From: Takakia lepidozioides | Lineage: Eukaryota; Plantae; Bryophyta | Length of the DNA: 64,000 nt | Reading direction: 5' to 3' | Assembly (NCBI GenBank): GCA_030704615.1 | Contig: CM060731.1 | Span: forward strand, 59,148,001-59,212,000 | In this document: piece after piece, positions 1 to 13,907 of the stretch | How positions within the stretch are numbered: the first letter of the stretch is position 1 | How the letters are laid out: each line of letters starts with the position of its first letter | The notes under the pieces: model-generated | Database searches by the model: none | The model's input: only the letters and a program-made list of their open reading frames with translations | What the model was told of the DNA's origin: nothing | Program-made: the position numbers and the translations under genes

Positions 1-1
1 G

Positions 2-895
2 CTGCCAGTGGCAACTAGGACTAAAGTTCTTCCAAACAATCGACATATTGAAGATCATCACTTTGCACAATACTGGCACGAGGCAGGTACCATGTTGAGG
101 GAATTGGTTGCTTTCCAGGTTGTACATGGACTCATTTATACCAAGACCAAGGAGATAGCAAGTATTGTCATGGGTGCGGGCTATACTACGCTGCTTGTTT
201 TCTGGTACGTTACCACATTGAGCAACAAAAGATGCAAACACGCTTTCAAAGTTACTCCAGTGGAGATCATTGGGTATTACCTTCGGTGCCACCTCATATG
301 TACCTATATGACCCAAAAGTTATGATGCAGAAGGATTCTCAAATTCGTTCATGGTTTCAAGCAGCCTGCAACCATTTGTCAACACAGAAATTCGGACTTG
401 ATGACATTTTCTATAAGGGACATGTGGCATGGAAGTACTTGCACGCTGCACCAGTAATTGGTACCCCACTCATCTGGACAGACAAGGAGCTCAGTGTCTA
501 CACCAATTTTGCTGTTCAGCGGTTACACCAAGTTGTAAAATACAAACTTCCAGACATGGTAGGACAGCATTGTATGCCCCAGATGATTCCACAAAAAGTT
601 CGAAAAAAAACACCTGAGAGGCGATGAGGATTCTGATACAACTGTTTCTTCACACAATTCTTTTGACATGGGAGAAGACTATGCAATTCAGATGGAAGAG
701 AAGAAACAAAGGGGATCTCCTATGCCGGAAAGATTACCTCGATATCAGCCTCCAGAAGGCCTCACTTATCCAGGTAGTGATCAACCATCTCCATCAACCA
801 GAGACAGACCTCGGGCTCGTACACACAGCCCACCACGAAACTCTCAACGTCAACAAGGTGCTCACTCACAAAGGTTTGCTACTCGGAAACAGTAA
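2..895 (+). pseudogene. C-terminal part of retrotransposon 3' accessory ORF (frameshifted)
   Basis: ORFs 8-325, 232-627 and 668-895 align colinearly with the C-terminus of the 691-aa ORF 51294-53369 (ATRTKVLPNN...HWVLPSVPPHMYLY...PRYQPPEGLTYPG). Confidence 0.9.
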
Positions 896-933
896 ACCGT
901 GAGGACACGGCTTTTTGAGGGGGGAAGGGGTAA

Positions 934-1975
934 TGTTAGAGGACTGTAGGGGACTTAGACACTTATACGGGATCTGTAGGGTACCCTTAATTTTTGCACA
1001 GACTGAGACCAACAGGAGCCTTAGGGGTGACAGCAGCGCACTGTAGAAGGGGGTTACACAGCCAACACAGCTACAGTCGTCACAGCCAACACAGCCAACA
1101 CAGTCGCACAAGTCGTCACAGCCGACACAGCAAAACACAGCCGTCACAGTCGTCACAGCGACACAGCCAACACAGCCGTCACAGTCGTCACAGCGACACA
1201 GCCGAACAGCCGTCACAGCCGACACAGCCACACAGCCAGACAAAGCCCATCACAGCCCGACACAGCCAAACACAGTCGCACAGTCAGTCACAGCCCGACA
1301 CAGTTTCACACAGCCAGTCACCGCTTGACACAGCTGTCACGATAATAGGGAACGAAGAGTAGGACAGGGAACGACTGTGGGGAACAACACCTGTGAAGGG
1401 AGCATGTTAGTTCACAGACGACGGTTAGAGAGGGAAACGGTTAGAACCGCGGATAGGAGGATAAAGGGAGAAACGGGGAATGAAGGAGGGGGATCATCAT
1501 TATTCGGAGGGGGACTTCGTAGTCAGGCAGGAGCGGAGATCGGAGGCAAGAGATGGAGAGCACGATGAAGGAGGAAAGAGGATTAGTAGATGCTTGTTAT
1601 ATGCAAAGCTGTAGTGATATTGGAGAGCAGATTAGAGACATAATGACTTCGGCCTGATACCTGATAAATCATAATCTGATACTTATACGATACAATCACA
1701 CTGTGTAGAGAGATCTGAGAGAAGCTGTGGATTGAATGGATGAGTGAAGGAAACCGATAGATTGATGAAGCAAACTGATACTTAATTATCAATGCCAAAG
1801 GTAGCTAAGATGAATGAGAAAAGGGAAACGCATAGGAAACACCCCCATGATACACTAGCTGTAGGTCATGACTGATAGTTCTGCGCGGGCTGAGTACTTA
1901 GAGATTTCCAACTCTTCTATCTTGGAGTTTCCGCCTCGGATAGCGAAGGGATGGGTGAGTAAAAGCCGCGCGACA
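934..1975 (+). repeat. 3' LTR of copy 1, containing a CACAGC-based ~9-10 bp repeat tract (~1057-1340)
   Basis: TG...CA termini; directly follows the PPT; homologous to the LTRs of the full-length copy. Confidence 0.95.
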
Positions 1976-3263
1976 GCTCTTATGTCTGTCGTGCCATGTC
2001 ATGAGGTTAGCGATCGATTTACATCGGTACATACGTTTCAACCTTGAAATGACAGGGAAGTGTCGCAATACTTTCTTGGGCACACTTCCACGACCTGGAA
2101 TGTAACGGGAACTGCGGCACACTGGGCAAATGTCTACATTCTCATACTCCCCACGGAATAGTACACAACCACGCTCACAGGCATGAATCATGGTGTACTG
2201 CAATCCCATCTTGGCAATCATGGTTTTTGCTTCATAGTGAGTTTTCGGCAATGAATTCTCTTTAGGCAAAAAACTCTTACGCAACAATCCTAGAAGCTCA
2301 TCCACAAATGCATTGGTGCACTTCTGGGTAGTGCATGCGTTCAGCAACGTCAAAGTTGCTTGCAGCTGATCGAGCACCCTTCAAAAGTGGACATTGCGAC
2401 TGTCGGAAGAGTTTATCATACTCGGGATCAACGTGCAGGTGAGCATTCTCATCAAATTCATTGTCTCCGGAATCGTCAAGGTCATCGTCATGATCGGCAA
2501 ATGTGTGATTGGTTCCACCATGAATGGGGTCCTCTCTGTTTGCATCTGCAAAGAGAAACGCTTCCTGTAATGCACGCCGGATTTCTACCTCCAATCCACC
2601 ACTCTCATCTGTGTTCTCTGTGACATTGGGCTCCCGCCGTGCCGCAGGGCCTTCGTCTTCATCATTTGAATATTCACATCCCTGTATCCCAATAGTCATC
2701 TTGTGAGTGGACCAACAACGATGTGACACTTGTTCATATTATGACATAGGAGGCACGGTGACGTATGTATCTTATGAATATACACCCAATCAAAACACGA
2801 CATTTGTAGCCATTGAAGTCATAGTTGCAGTCACTTAGTGAGTCATATATGACTACATGACTACACATGACCAATGAAAACATGACATGTGCATTAATTA
2901 AAGTGATAACGGAAGTGACGTAGTCATAGTCACGTCTGTATCTTATGACTTCTTGACTACAATCACCCAACGAAATGTCGACATGTGGAGAAGAGGATCG
3001 TTGCATTCAAAATTCAAACTAAAGTGCTGAAGGGAAAGTGGCGATCACACCGGAAGAGAACAGCGTCGGAGAAGAGGATCCCTCCCGTGTATCATGTAAT
3101 TATTCCTCACTGTTTCCAACAACAGTACTTTTCCTCCATGACACTCATCGCAGTTGCATAGTATTTTTGTATGCCCATTCCTTGTGGCATAAGCTTCTTC
3201 CATTCGCCATAGACGGTCATCTATTCTACGCCTACGCATCCGGTCGCCACTTGCACTGTGCAT
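1976..3263 (-). pseudogene. CACTA/EnSpm TnpD-type transposase, N-terminal half, interrupted by LTR insertion
   Basis: Transposase-associated domain (ILCNCDECHGG...HGRDP, 3045-3263), probable intron ~2684-3050, acidic linker, then the typical LP..NSLP..HYEAK...IHAC..GCVLFRGEY....CPVC..SRY...KVLRHFPVISRLKRMY...LMTWH block (1976-2377). Confidence 0.9.
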
Positions 3264-4806
3264 GCTTTGAACGTCACCCCTTCCCTCTTTGCATGCTACA
3301 CACAGTGCATTGTCTCTTGTTTTGCACCAGCTGCCAATGTGCTATTTCTATATCTATAGTATATATAGTATCATTTCTGAGTGTCCATGGTGAAGCGGAA
3401 GGTCTTCAAAGTGACAATCCCTCTCACTGAGTACGAGAAGTTCCGAGAGCACCGGATTGCTGCCATAAAGGAGGTGGAGGCAACGTTCAAGCAGTCGATA
3501 GATGGGTGAGTTTAGTTCCTGACTTTGGTTACCCACCCACTAAACTTGCGATTCGCCTTATCCTCTAACCTTCCTACAGCGATCATAAGCTTCATAGCAC
3601 AAATGGGGGCGAGTAGCTGCGACTTGTACAAACAGAGAGGCAAACAACATGCAGTGAGTGACGATTAGGTTTGAGGAGGGTGTGTCATTAGGCGGGAGAT
3701 GTCCGCCGTCATTCGTGGGCAGCCATTACGTCCTGGTAGGGTGCGGCTGTGGTTCAGCGTAGGCTTAAGAGTATTAGGGTATGTATGCTTGCATTTGTTT
3801 GTGATTGTTTGAGAGGGAGGTCATGGAGGTGTTTGAGCAGGCTTGCGGGAGCAAATCGCCCTCGCAAGCCACGCGCTCCGAAGGAAAAAGCTAGGGATCA
3901 AGGTTCTGCAAGGCAAAGTGTCAGACTGAAGACGATGAAGACTACGATTCTGCATGAGGGTTCTTCTGAGGACGATGAGGACGATCCACTCCTCCCATGC
4001 CAGTGCGAGGCGAATGCGTCGTCGGTGGATGCCACGGCAAGCCGAGGAGAACATGCCCATGCTCATGTCGCAGGACAAAAACGCCCATCATCTACACTAC
4101 AAACACCTTCTCCGTCTGTGAGTTATAGTTCTTCACAATGACCATGATTCAAATTATGTATGTTTTTGGTAAAATCACGAAGAGATAGGGTATGGTAAGA
4201 TCATGAAGAGATAGGGTATGTCTGTCAAGACAGGGAAGTTGGACAATGCAGGGGTCAGCCAAGGCACAATCACAAATGATTTCCACTAGACAAGTTGAAG
4301 TGCCAAATGCATGATGTCAGGCCAATGTAGACTTCAGGTGTGTTCAAATTCTTTGCCCCATGAAACCAACGTCCTAGTACTAAGCTACAATGGCTACTTA
4401 TAGAGATACTTGGGTTACTCATGCACCCAGAATATCAGTAAAACTTGGAGGGATACTTCTCATGGACCCATCAGGTTTGTCCCTTTGAATTCTTGCATGG
4501 ATTTCAGGAACACCCCATACCTAAGAGGGTTCAAAAATGTACTGGGAGGACATCATTGGGGCCAATCAAATTTGGGAGATATACTGCCCAAGATCATACT
4601 GAGTTTTGGGTAATCTTGTCTTTACAAATGATATGTGCTTCCAGTTTGTTATCTTGAATTCAAGGATTTGCTGCTTGTTGCCTATATGTATGTGTAATCA
4701 CCCACATTGTACTGGGGGAATTTCTTTTCAGGGCAAGCACAAGCGCACTGGATCCACGATCCCTGCTGCTAGCAATGGAGATGGCGCCCACAAGAACGCA
4801 GGAGGT

Positions 4807-5424
4807 TGTTAGGAGGCAGTCTGGGACTTAGGCATTTTTATGGGTTCTGTGGAGTCTGGGACTTAGACACTTCTATGGGTTCTGAGGGGTACCCTTAATT
4901 TTTTAAGACAGCCCGTCACAGCCATACACAGCCCGTCACAGCCAGTCACAGCCCGACACAGTCACAGCCCGTCACAGCCCGTCACAGCCATACACAGCCA
5001 GTCACAGCCAGTCACAGCCCGACACAACCCGAAACAGCCGTCACAGTCTGACACAGCTGTCACAGTCGTAGGGAACGGTTATCATGACAGGGAACGACTG
5101 TGGGGAACAACATCTGCCGGGGAACATGTAATTCACGGAGGACGGTTAGTGAAGGAAAACGGTTAGAACAGGGGGGAAGGGATAAAGCGGGTAGCGGAGA
5201 CGAGAGGGGGGCACTTCTTGGGGGAGACTTCGGACATCATGGGGAAAGGAGGAGATAGCGTATCTCTGAGCAGAAAGATGGGAGAGCACGGAGTAGGAGG
5301 AGGATCTGTTGATGCTTAATGATAGCAAGCAGTCTATGAATTATAATGTAGAGCAGATTAGAGACTCCAGGACTTTAGCCTGATACTTGATAGATATTAA
5401 TCTGATACACACTTCATACTACAC
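4807..5424 (+). repeat. Truncated LTR of the same gypsy family (copy 2)
   Basis: Starts TGTTAGGAGG, has GGGACTTAGACAC, GGGTACCCTTAATTTTT and the CACAGC tract; breaks off at ...ACTTCATACTACACT. Confidence 0.85.
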
Positions 5425-8400
5425 TTCTCTGGATTCAAGCCCAGACCTCTCATCCTGCATCTGGCCAGACATAACTCCAATTTATGCAAGTGCTCATTCT
5501 TAGAGCTGTACACACTGAATCAATCCAAGAACAAAGAACTCTGCATGAAATCTTCCACCATACTCATGAAAAGATTCACTTATTACTCTCGAAAGGTCCG
5601 CAGTTGCATTAAAAAGTCCAAAGGGCATGACTTTGTATGCCATAAGCACCCCAGTCTGTGATGAAAGTGTATTTCCTTGATCTTCTTCTGCCACTTGCAC
5701 TTGATTATAACCACTGAAGCCATCCATGAATCAGTACATCCCACAGTGTCCAATACTGCTTCTGTGAATGGCAAAGGGAAAGGATCTTTCTTCGTACAAG
5801 CATTCAGCTTCTTGTAGTTCACACATACTCTTAAGTTTACCATTCTTCTTGGAACTATAACAAGGGGTGACAACAAGTTGTATACTCTATTGGGTATATA
5901 AACTTAGCCTCAGCCAACTTCTTGATCTCTTCTCCAACCTTCTGTGCGTAGTTGGGATTCATTATCCTGTATCTCGCCTGTTTAAACTGGTATTGATCCT
6001 AGTTTCTAGTTCAATCTTATGTTGACAGATCTCAGGTGTATCCCCTTCAGATCCTCATAGCTCCAAGCAAATACATCTTTGTATTTAATGAACAGACTCT
6101 TTGCTTCCTCAAAGAATTCTGGCTCTAGATCCGCCCCTACCTTCACCATCCTTGGTTCCTTCTCTGTTCCCACATTTACTTCCCTCACCTGCTCATCAGC
6201 TGTTATTGTCCAACCAGTCACCACTTCATCCTGTAAGCTCACAGTGGCTGGTTCCTCTAGGATTTCCATTTATAGAATGTGATGGGTAACTGCTGGTTTC
6301 CTCTTCAGTTGGTGTTGCTGTCACTACACCACAGCAGATACCTCTTAAACAACTTAGGCTTTCCAGCCGCATCTCTGCAACCTGCTCCCACTCTGGGTGT
6401 GCAGCAAACAAGGTAGCTTCCTGTTCCTCATCCAGTCCTTCTTTCCAATCATACTCTCTGACCCTCTTGGTCTTCTTGTAGCAGATAGGCTTTCAGATTT
6501 CTAGTGGTGATTTGTATCTTGTTCAACCCATCCTGCACAGTTTGTAAGTGTGAATTCCAATCATGAGACACCTTGGCTTGTTTCAGCCATGGTCTTCCCA
6601 ACAATAAGGAATAAGCTTCCAGGACTTCATTCATCTTCAACACAGTTACTGTGATCTTAAGATCATCTTTTGAATCTGGATTTTAACTCCACTCCTCTGA
6701 TTAATCCCAATGGCTGTACACTCCTTTGGTCTGCCATGGTTACTGTAAATGGGGCTGGTTTCATGTTGTTTAGACCTAGCTTCTGTCTCAATTGGTCTGT
6801 CATGATATTCACACCAGAGCCTCCATCTATTAGTACATCTGCCAGCTCTGTGCTTCCAATTCTCAACTGTCTTGCCTTCCTTCCCCTGCCTTCGTGCAGG
6901 CTTCCCCCTGCTTTCCTTACGTGTCCAATCAGCTGACGCTCTTAGTTCTCCTTCAGAGTCTGAGGAGTCTACATGCGGAATATCAGTACTCTTCTCATTG
7001 TCCCGTATGGTATCCGCCACTTCCTTGGTTCAGTTCCTTCTCATCTCTCAAGCCGTCATTCCTCGTTCCGGCGCACATCCCTGCCATCTTCATTTATCCT
7101 CACTTCATCTGTCCCTGAGGTACAATTTTGGCTCTGCTTCTTGTTACGACATTGTCTCACTTCCAGTACAATACATGGCCTAACCATGTGGGCTGCCACT
7201 ACTGGCCCCTCCATTCCCAGGAGCTCTCATCTCATTCTGGTGTCTGATCCAGAATGGACAAGCCGCCTTACGATGTCCTGTCTGATTACAATAGTAAACA
7301 CAGTTCTTCTCCTTGGGTCCTCGCCCTTGGTCTGCTCTGGATTATTTCTGTAATCCTGATTCCCTGGCTGTAATTCCCTCTTGGAATTACCTCTCCTTTC
7401 CATGCCATTGTTATAACCACCTGTCCTAGCCATAATGGTCTTGATTCATTTTTCTTCTTGGCTGGGGTTGCACTTGAATGCACCCTTATTGCCTAGGCTC
7501 TCTCACTGCTGTTCTTCTGTTGTAGTAACAATTCTCTGTAAGAATGGTTATCCATTTTAACAGATAGTGCAGTTTTTCTCCTTCATGTGGATTCAGTAGT
7601 GGTGTGGCCTTCATTCTGGCATTTTGCACACCAACACCCTTCCTCCATGTGTTGCAGCCTCTGTGGCATATTTTTTCAAGATTCTTCTAATCTCTTCTTA
7701 TAATTTCCCTCTTCATCTTTTCCTTCTTTTTACTCTTCTTCTTATGCTCCATCTCTTCTTCTTCTTCTGACTCATCCTCAGAGTCCTCTTCATCTCTTTT
7801 CTCCTTCCTGAGCATTCCCAACTGCTCAATTCTGTTTGCTGTTTCAAATGCCTCCTCCACTGTATTGTGGGGTAACATGTCTACTTTCTTTTGCAACTTT
7901 TGCCTTAGTCCATTCACAACCAAGCCTTTTGCAATCCTGGTGTTGGTAATAGCAGCCAACTTTTTCATCATCAACTCCATTTTCTCCATATACTCTTCAA
8001 CAGTTTCATGCTTCTTCTGGGCTTCAGCTGCTGTAAACTACCATACACTTCATACTCAGTTTTACTGGTCCTGAACTTATTTCGGAACGCTGTACTCAAG
8101 CCATTCCAGGTTAGGAAATGATTATCAGGGAATCTTGCATACCATTCACTGGCTTTCTTTATAAGTGAACACGGAAACAGTCTCATCTTGGCTCATCGCC
8201 ATTGCTCTCATTGTTCACTATACACATGTGCTCAAATTGGCTATGTGTACATCAGGATCCCCTTTCCCTGAATATATCGGAAAAGGGGTTTAGCCCGTGT
8301 TGGTTGTAATGCCATCTGCGACCTACACTCTGCCCCCGGACAGTTGTTTGGCCTTTTTGGCTGATGCTGGTCCTTGTGGACCTGTAGTATTTGTGGTGGT

Positions 8401-9734
8401 TCTTCCACCAATTACTGGCCCCTGAACCCTTCCTGTTCCTGGCCTTTCTATATTCACAGTATTCCCAGCCTCAGTTGCACTACTTTCCACACTCCCTGTC
8501 CCCCCAGAGCCAGATCCAGGTCTTCCCGTCTGATCCCTCTGAGCCGACACCTTTGTTGGCCTGTGATCCAAGTGCTCCACTTGATCCAGGTCCAACGGGT
8601 TGGGATGTCCTGGTTGTAGTCTCAACCTCAGGCTGCTGGGTCTACTTCTTCATATTCTTCCTCTTCCAATTTCTTCTCTCTGTTTTCATCCTCCAAGTTC
8701 TGCCCTTGGTTTTCTTCTTCTTCACTCATGTAACTATTTGTAATAATGTTGGAGAGTTTGAACTCTCCGTTGGTGTCTGCATCCTCCTCTTCTGCTCCCG
8801 AAACTGGAGTTTCCTGCTCTTGGTGTTCATGCCAACTCTTATCAAAGATTTCTGCCAAATCTTTTATCCAGGGATTTACCTCAGATCTTCCACCTCGTGG
8901 TTGATCTTCTTCCTTTGCCAAGTCCCTTAATCTTTCTTGCAAAGAAACAGAAGGTGTGGTATCCAACTCTAGCTCCTCTGGTATAGGTGATGTACTCCCT
9001 GATCTCAATGGGTGTGAGGTCCAGATAATTCCCCAATGTCTATTCCTCTCTCCCACAGGTATGGATATGAGCTTTCAGATAACTTTCTCTTTTTGCTGAA
9101 TATCTTTGGAGTCTAGCTTCTCTTTCATCACTCATGTCCCATATCTTTCATTTCTTTTGAGTGTGGCAACAACCAAAATTCTCTCCTAGTAGTATCTCTC
9201 ATATATGCCTGGGTTTCTTTCCAGTTTCAATGTACCTCTGGCTATACTGGAAGTCTCCGTTACCAATATCCCATATGGTAAACAAGTCTGAAAAGCTGTT
9301 CTTGGTGTAAGTTTGATCCACAAGATATCCTTGGAATCCAATTCTTACAATACAAGCTCCTCATGCATATGAGTGTAAACATTCACTTTCCTTTTCCTCC
9401 CAGCTTTCAACTCTACCCGCTTAATAGATAGTAAGGCTATCACATAACCAAGTGTTGGTAACCACCGTGCTCTTCCTCTACAGCTACTTGATAAATCTTT
9501 ATCACTCCTTTCTCCACCCCATTCCGGATCAGCATCATGCACTCGCTTAAGAATATTTTCTTTACAACCGTTTGGCAATTCCAAGAACCTTTGAAAGAAT
9601 TGTTTGGACAATCTTTCTTCCTTCGTTCCACAGGGAATTTGATTCACTTCAAATTCTTTAATCCTCCAACCACCATGATCCCACCAGATGCCTGTCACAT
9701 CTGGTTGTTCATGACTCAGTTCCCCAGTATGGTC
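5420..9734 (-). mobile_element. Internal gypsy fragment (partial PBS, ORF0, gag, protease, 5' RT), inverted relative to the adjacent LTR
   Basis: Colinear with ~57933-62506: VLIDGGSGVNIM protease, RLFPCSLIKKASEWY gag, [10 protein letters not shown]...DPFPLP and [10 protein letters not shown]. Ends within the PBS at CCCCAGTATGGTC. Many frameshifts. Confidence 0.92.
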
Positions 9735-9983
9735 CCCTCCTGATTTGCATCCATGTCCTCCATTTGCTGTTTGGCTCCCTCAAGGTGTATGGGATCATCT
9801 CTCAATTCAATCAGATGGGCTTGATCCTACAACACGTGAGGAATTACTGGATCTTTCAAGGCCTCCATCATTTACTGCCCTGTCATTCAAGAGTATGACA
9901 GCGTATGGTAACCATTACAGGTTACATCCCCGTGATGAACACAACAAGTATGGTGTCTTTTGATTGTGGAGTCTCATCTGTTT
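9735..9983 (+). pseudogene. CACTA transposase C-terminal-region fragment
   Basis: Translates ...LLDLSRPPSFTALSFKSMTAYGNHYRLHPRDE...(F)DCGV, resembling the GP...Y..NGY.F.......NSGV segment near DUF4216 of TnpD. Confidence 0.6.
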
Positions 9984-10176
9984 GAGGTTTACTATTTCAT
10001 GAGCCCATGAGCCCATGAGCCTATGAGCCTATGAGCCTATGAGCTCATGAGCGGGCATCCGCGGAATTGGAATTTTTGTGCCTGTATTGACGGTGTTATG
10101 TCCTCTTATCTCGGTAATAGGGTCTGTTTCTCCTGGTCCAGGATGCGGAATGAGGTATTTCGGCGCCGTTATTCCA
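9984..10176 (+). mobile_element. Isolated terminus of family-B MULE
   Basis: GAGGTTTACTATTTCATGAGC followed by ATGAGC repeats; near-identical to 42835-43017, then diverges just after GGTATTTCGGCGCCG. Confidence 0.85.
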
Positions 10177-10327
10177 CGTCACCACTGTAAAACATTGTGC
10201 AGGACAGGAAAGAGACACAAATTTGTAGCCCTCACAAGCCATTGTGTTGACAAGGTAATACATTCAGGGTCAGACGACAGTTGAACTTGCAAACCCGATT
10301 CAACTCAACATCAAGCCCACATTGATA

Positions 10328-10700
10328 CACTACAACAAATTGCGGCTTTTACGTCTCTGTGTTATGACTGCAAATGCAGTCATGGAAGCCATTACGACTT
10401 CCTGACTCTGCAGACGTAAAGACCTAGTCAGTTGTGACATGGCAGATTTGACTCTCCAGGCTGGCTGTCACGTGGCGCCAGAGCAGCTGTGGGGGTTTCA
10501 TACACGCTGGCATTACTGAATGACTGAACGGGTCCATGTCAGCCGCTGTGTAATAGAGACACGTGCTCTCTACAGAACACGCCACGTGTCAGACTGCGAC
10601 GCCATCCGACTGCAGAGGAGGGAATCAGACGTCAGCATGTGTCGCATCGTGATTTTGACACGTGGTTCCTCATGTCAATTGACACGCGTCACTGTTGGGG
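10328..10700 (+). mobile_element. CACTA terminus with subterminal ATGACT/CACGTG-rich repeats
   Basis: CACTACAACAAATTGCGGCTTTTACG at 10328, similar to 39134. Confidence 0.7.
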
Positions 10701-10712
10701 TTGTAGATTTAC

Positions 10713-10793
10713 TTTATTGTTATTATAATTACTAAAATAATTATTATAATTATTATAATTATTATAATTATTTGTTATTATAATTATTATTAC
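10713..10793. repeat. (TTA/TAA)n low-complexity AT tract
   Basis: Direct reading of the sequence. Confidence 0.9.
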
Positions 10794-11299
10794 TGACCAA
10801 CATGGGACAGTGGCACATTATCAAATAACGAATTTTTGAAATCATATTCTTAGATAAAATATTTATTCGCTCAGATACCAAAACACACCCTTACGGGGAA
10901 GGAGAGTTTGCCTTAGTGCCTGTGCTGAATTGCATCTGTCTACTGTTACCTTTTTATGGATACTTTTTTTATTGTCACTTTGGCAGTATCATATCAAAGT
11001 TACTCCAAACTATCTACCATCTACCCATGACCATCTACCCATGCAGGTTTCTGGGGGTTGCTATTCCATGAGCTCATGAGCTCATGAGCGGGCATGGCTC
11101 ACCCATGAGCCGCAAAGTAACACACTTCGAATTTCGGCAGATTTTTTTCGGGCCCAAAACTATAAAATAATCAAAAATCGAAGATTTCCGCGCTCATGCT
11201 GGAAGCACTCCGCTCATGAGTACCAGTGTACGCTCATGACTTGGAGCCCAGGCTCATGGACCGCTAGGCCAGGTCATAGAAAAACTGAATTATGGGCAA

Positions 11300-11790
11300 T
11301 AACGGCACCGAAATTATCCCAGAGGCAGAGACGCAAGCGGAATTAGGATCCGGGTTTGCAGACTCCGAAAACGCAATGGCGACCTATAACCGTGGATAGT
11401 ACTGTTGCAGAAGTGCATGATGGTTGGGTATAACGGCGCCGTAATTGGGCACAGGAAAAGAAATAGCCGGCTGAAGGCTCGGGAGTGAAGCCAACAACGG
11501 TGAAAGTAATTGGGCTCCACCACCCAAATACCCGGCTGCATCCTCCGGAGTGCAGGCGATAACGACGCCGAAATGGGCCCTAAGAAAACCAAATACTCGG
11601 CTGAAGCCACCGGAGTGCAGCCGATAACGGCGCCGAATTGGGTCCGGAAACCAAATACCCGGCTGAAGGCTAGGGATTGCAACCAATAACGGCGCCAAAT
11701 TGACCCGCGGAAAAAAATTCTCGGCTGAAGCTTCCGCACTCCATCCAATAACGGCGCCGAAATTGGGCTCCGGAGAGCAATACCCGCCTT
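11300..11790. repeat. Subterminal ~60-bp tandem repeat carrying TAACGGCGCCGAAATT sites
   Basis: About 6-7 degenerate copies of ATAACGGCGCCGAAATTGGG...AAATACCCGGCTGAAG. Confidence 0.85.
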
Positions 11791-13149
11791 ACGGTAAGGG
11801 AGGCCTTGCTCTCATTTTGCTCTTCACTCTTCTCTGTTGTGCCCATCTCCTCCCTGCTTTGAGTTCGTGCTATGTTCTTGAGGCCATGTCGTGCCCGAAT
11901 CACATCTATCGACGCCAGACGGGAGTCATTTTCCCGAAAGCAGACGACATCATTGTTTCCTGGATGTTTACAGGGAAGATCCTCGACTTGTCCAGCTGAG
12001 AGCAATGGTGGAGTTGCTTCTAGGATTGCACGATTCTCTGGGACCCCGGCTGGGGAGCAGGTGGTTCCTACGCATCATGGACTTGGACTTCCGCATGAGT
12101 GGGAGCCGAACAGATCACGCACAACGTTGCTGTATCGCTGGAATTGTTGCGAGTGGACGTAATGATGAGTGCATAGGTGAAAACTTTACGCGTGGACGGA
12201 CTGGCTCGAAAGTGGGGACATTCTCTTCAGTTATGAGGATGAGGAGGGAGGGGAACACAGGGCCCACTGTGAAAATGTCCTTCTACAAGGGGGCGCTATC
12301 GATAAACACGACATCCTCGTTAGTTTCAACCGGGCGACAGAAACCACTGACATTTTGTTCAAATATAGGCACCCGGTCACTCAGGAGGTCCTTGAGAGGC
12401 CAGTTAGAGTTCCCTTCTTCTTGGGCGAGGGGACCATAGGTCTTGCATGCTAGAGTAGACATGTTTCGACTCGCCGACACTCCTGGCACATACATTTTCA
12501 TTCATAAATCAAGCAGCTTCCCTGTGCCATATGGGGAATATACATGCTTGGATAATCTTCTGTTAAGGTTTTTTGCAATTCACTGCCAGTATGCGTGGGA
12601 CGTGTCCTTTGTCGTATGGATTGCTGTTTGCACAAGGTGCAGTATGCAAATGCTGGAATGTGCAGTAGGACCCTTCCCACTGGGACACAAAACTAGCAAA
12701 TCTTGTAAAGGCATCACATTTGCAGAACGAGTAACAATGTATTTGTAGCAAATTGGAGTCTTCTCATAAAGGTATCGAAAACGCCATGATGGGCTGCGAA
12801 ATCACTACAAATTGAATGAAGAGCAGTAACAAGGAAGCACGCTATGCCTTACACAGACCATAAACGGCGCTGAAATAGGCCTCAATGCCCGTTAATCTCC
12901 ACACAATGTATGCTTTACTCGGATCCATTTGTAGACAACCAAAATAAAAAAAGCTGCGCATGCCATTCATGGCCAAAAACCACATTCTCATGTATTGCGG
13001 CACCGAATTACACATGTAGCCATGGCGATGCGCCCACACGTGTATAATTCCTCACAAAAAATAGGGTGCAAGAAGATGATGTAATATAATTGCCCACTTT
13101 CTCCTTCCCGAATGTGGAATGTCAAGCAGTCCGACCAATATCCTGCCGT

Positions 13150-13907
13150 AGGGCCTTGTGCAGCTCGTTGAAACTCAGTGTTTGGAGCATGATGAAGACG
13201 TCCACTGCAGGATGGTGCAACTCATGCGCTTAAAAAATGTAATAAAGGTGTTTGCAGGGGACGTATGCTACATTCTTTGATTCCATAACAAGGAAGTCCT
13301 CACAGTTGCAAGCTGGTATGTGAACCGTGATTGTATACACGACACTGCGCGCAGCAGACCCGGCTGTTGACAACTGAAATATGTGCCCCATCCCGGGGTG
13401 AGGAACATCCCTGCAACCTTGCACTATCAGGGCATTGCAAAAGAGCGTTGGCCATCCTGGTGTCGTTCGCCTTTGTTGGTGGCCGTCGTCTTTTCAGTTT
13501 CCCCACTGATGGGTGGGCCAAGCTGCGGGGTCACCCACCGGATAGCGGTATGCGTGGCGAAGAGCTTCTCGTGGGAGAGGATGACGACTGAATATGGATT
13601 TTCGTGGGAACGAGGAACGAAAAGCAGTCTACGACAAGCCAGGAGACCAGGGAAAACACGAGGCGACCATCCGACCAGCACCGCGAAACAAGTCGATGGT
13701 TGCGGAAGCGAAGTTCCGCAGCGACCGCGAACCAAAAACCACACGGACAGTGAGGACAGGAGGCGCGCGCAGGCTGTCACGTCCGACGTCCACGCCAGGC
13801 GAAAACCCAACCGTCAGGAACCCGGGCGTGAACGAAGTGGCGGGCGCGTCAAAGATAAGCGAACAAATAATTTTGTACTGGTACAATGTCAATAAATTCA
13901 TGGGCAT
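13150..13907 (-). pseudogene. MULE transposase C-terminus with SWIM zinc finger (B1)
   Basis: YTITVHIPACNCEDF...YVPCKHLYYIF (SWIM CxC..CxH), homologous to 20012-20458. Confidence 0.85.

Larger units (their letters stand above)
1..1975 (+). mobile_element. 3' end of Ty3/gypsy LTR retrotransposon (copy 1, same family as 50268-63924)
   Basis: 3' extra-ORF tail, polypurine tract GAGGGGGGAAGGGGTAA (917-933), then LTR TGTTAGAGG...CCGCGCGACA (934-1975), homologous to the reverse complement of 50268-51255. Inserted into a CACTA transposase. Confidence 0.95.

Noticed and set aside
866-1362. Cys/Val-rich and His/Ser-rich ORFs (also 50911-51195)
   Set aside because: Translations of the LTR CACAGC repeat tract.
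3749-4800. Possible CACTA TnpA-like or other gene fragments
   Set aside because: Low-complexity short ORFs without a motif I can recognise; left unassigned.
12283-12751. Possible second SWIM-like relic (CKCDAF...QHL)
   Set aside because: Too degenerate to call.
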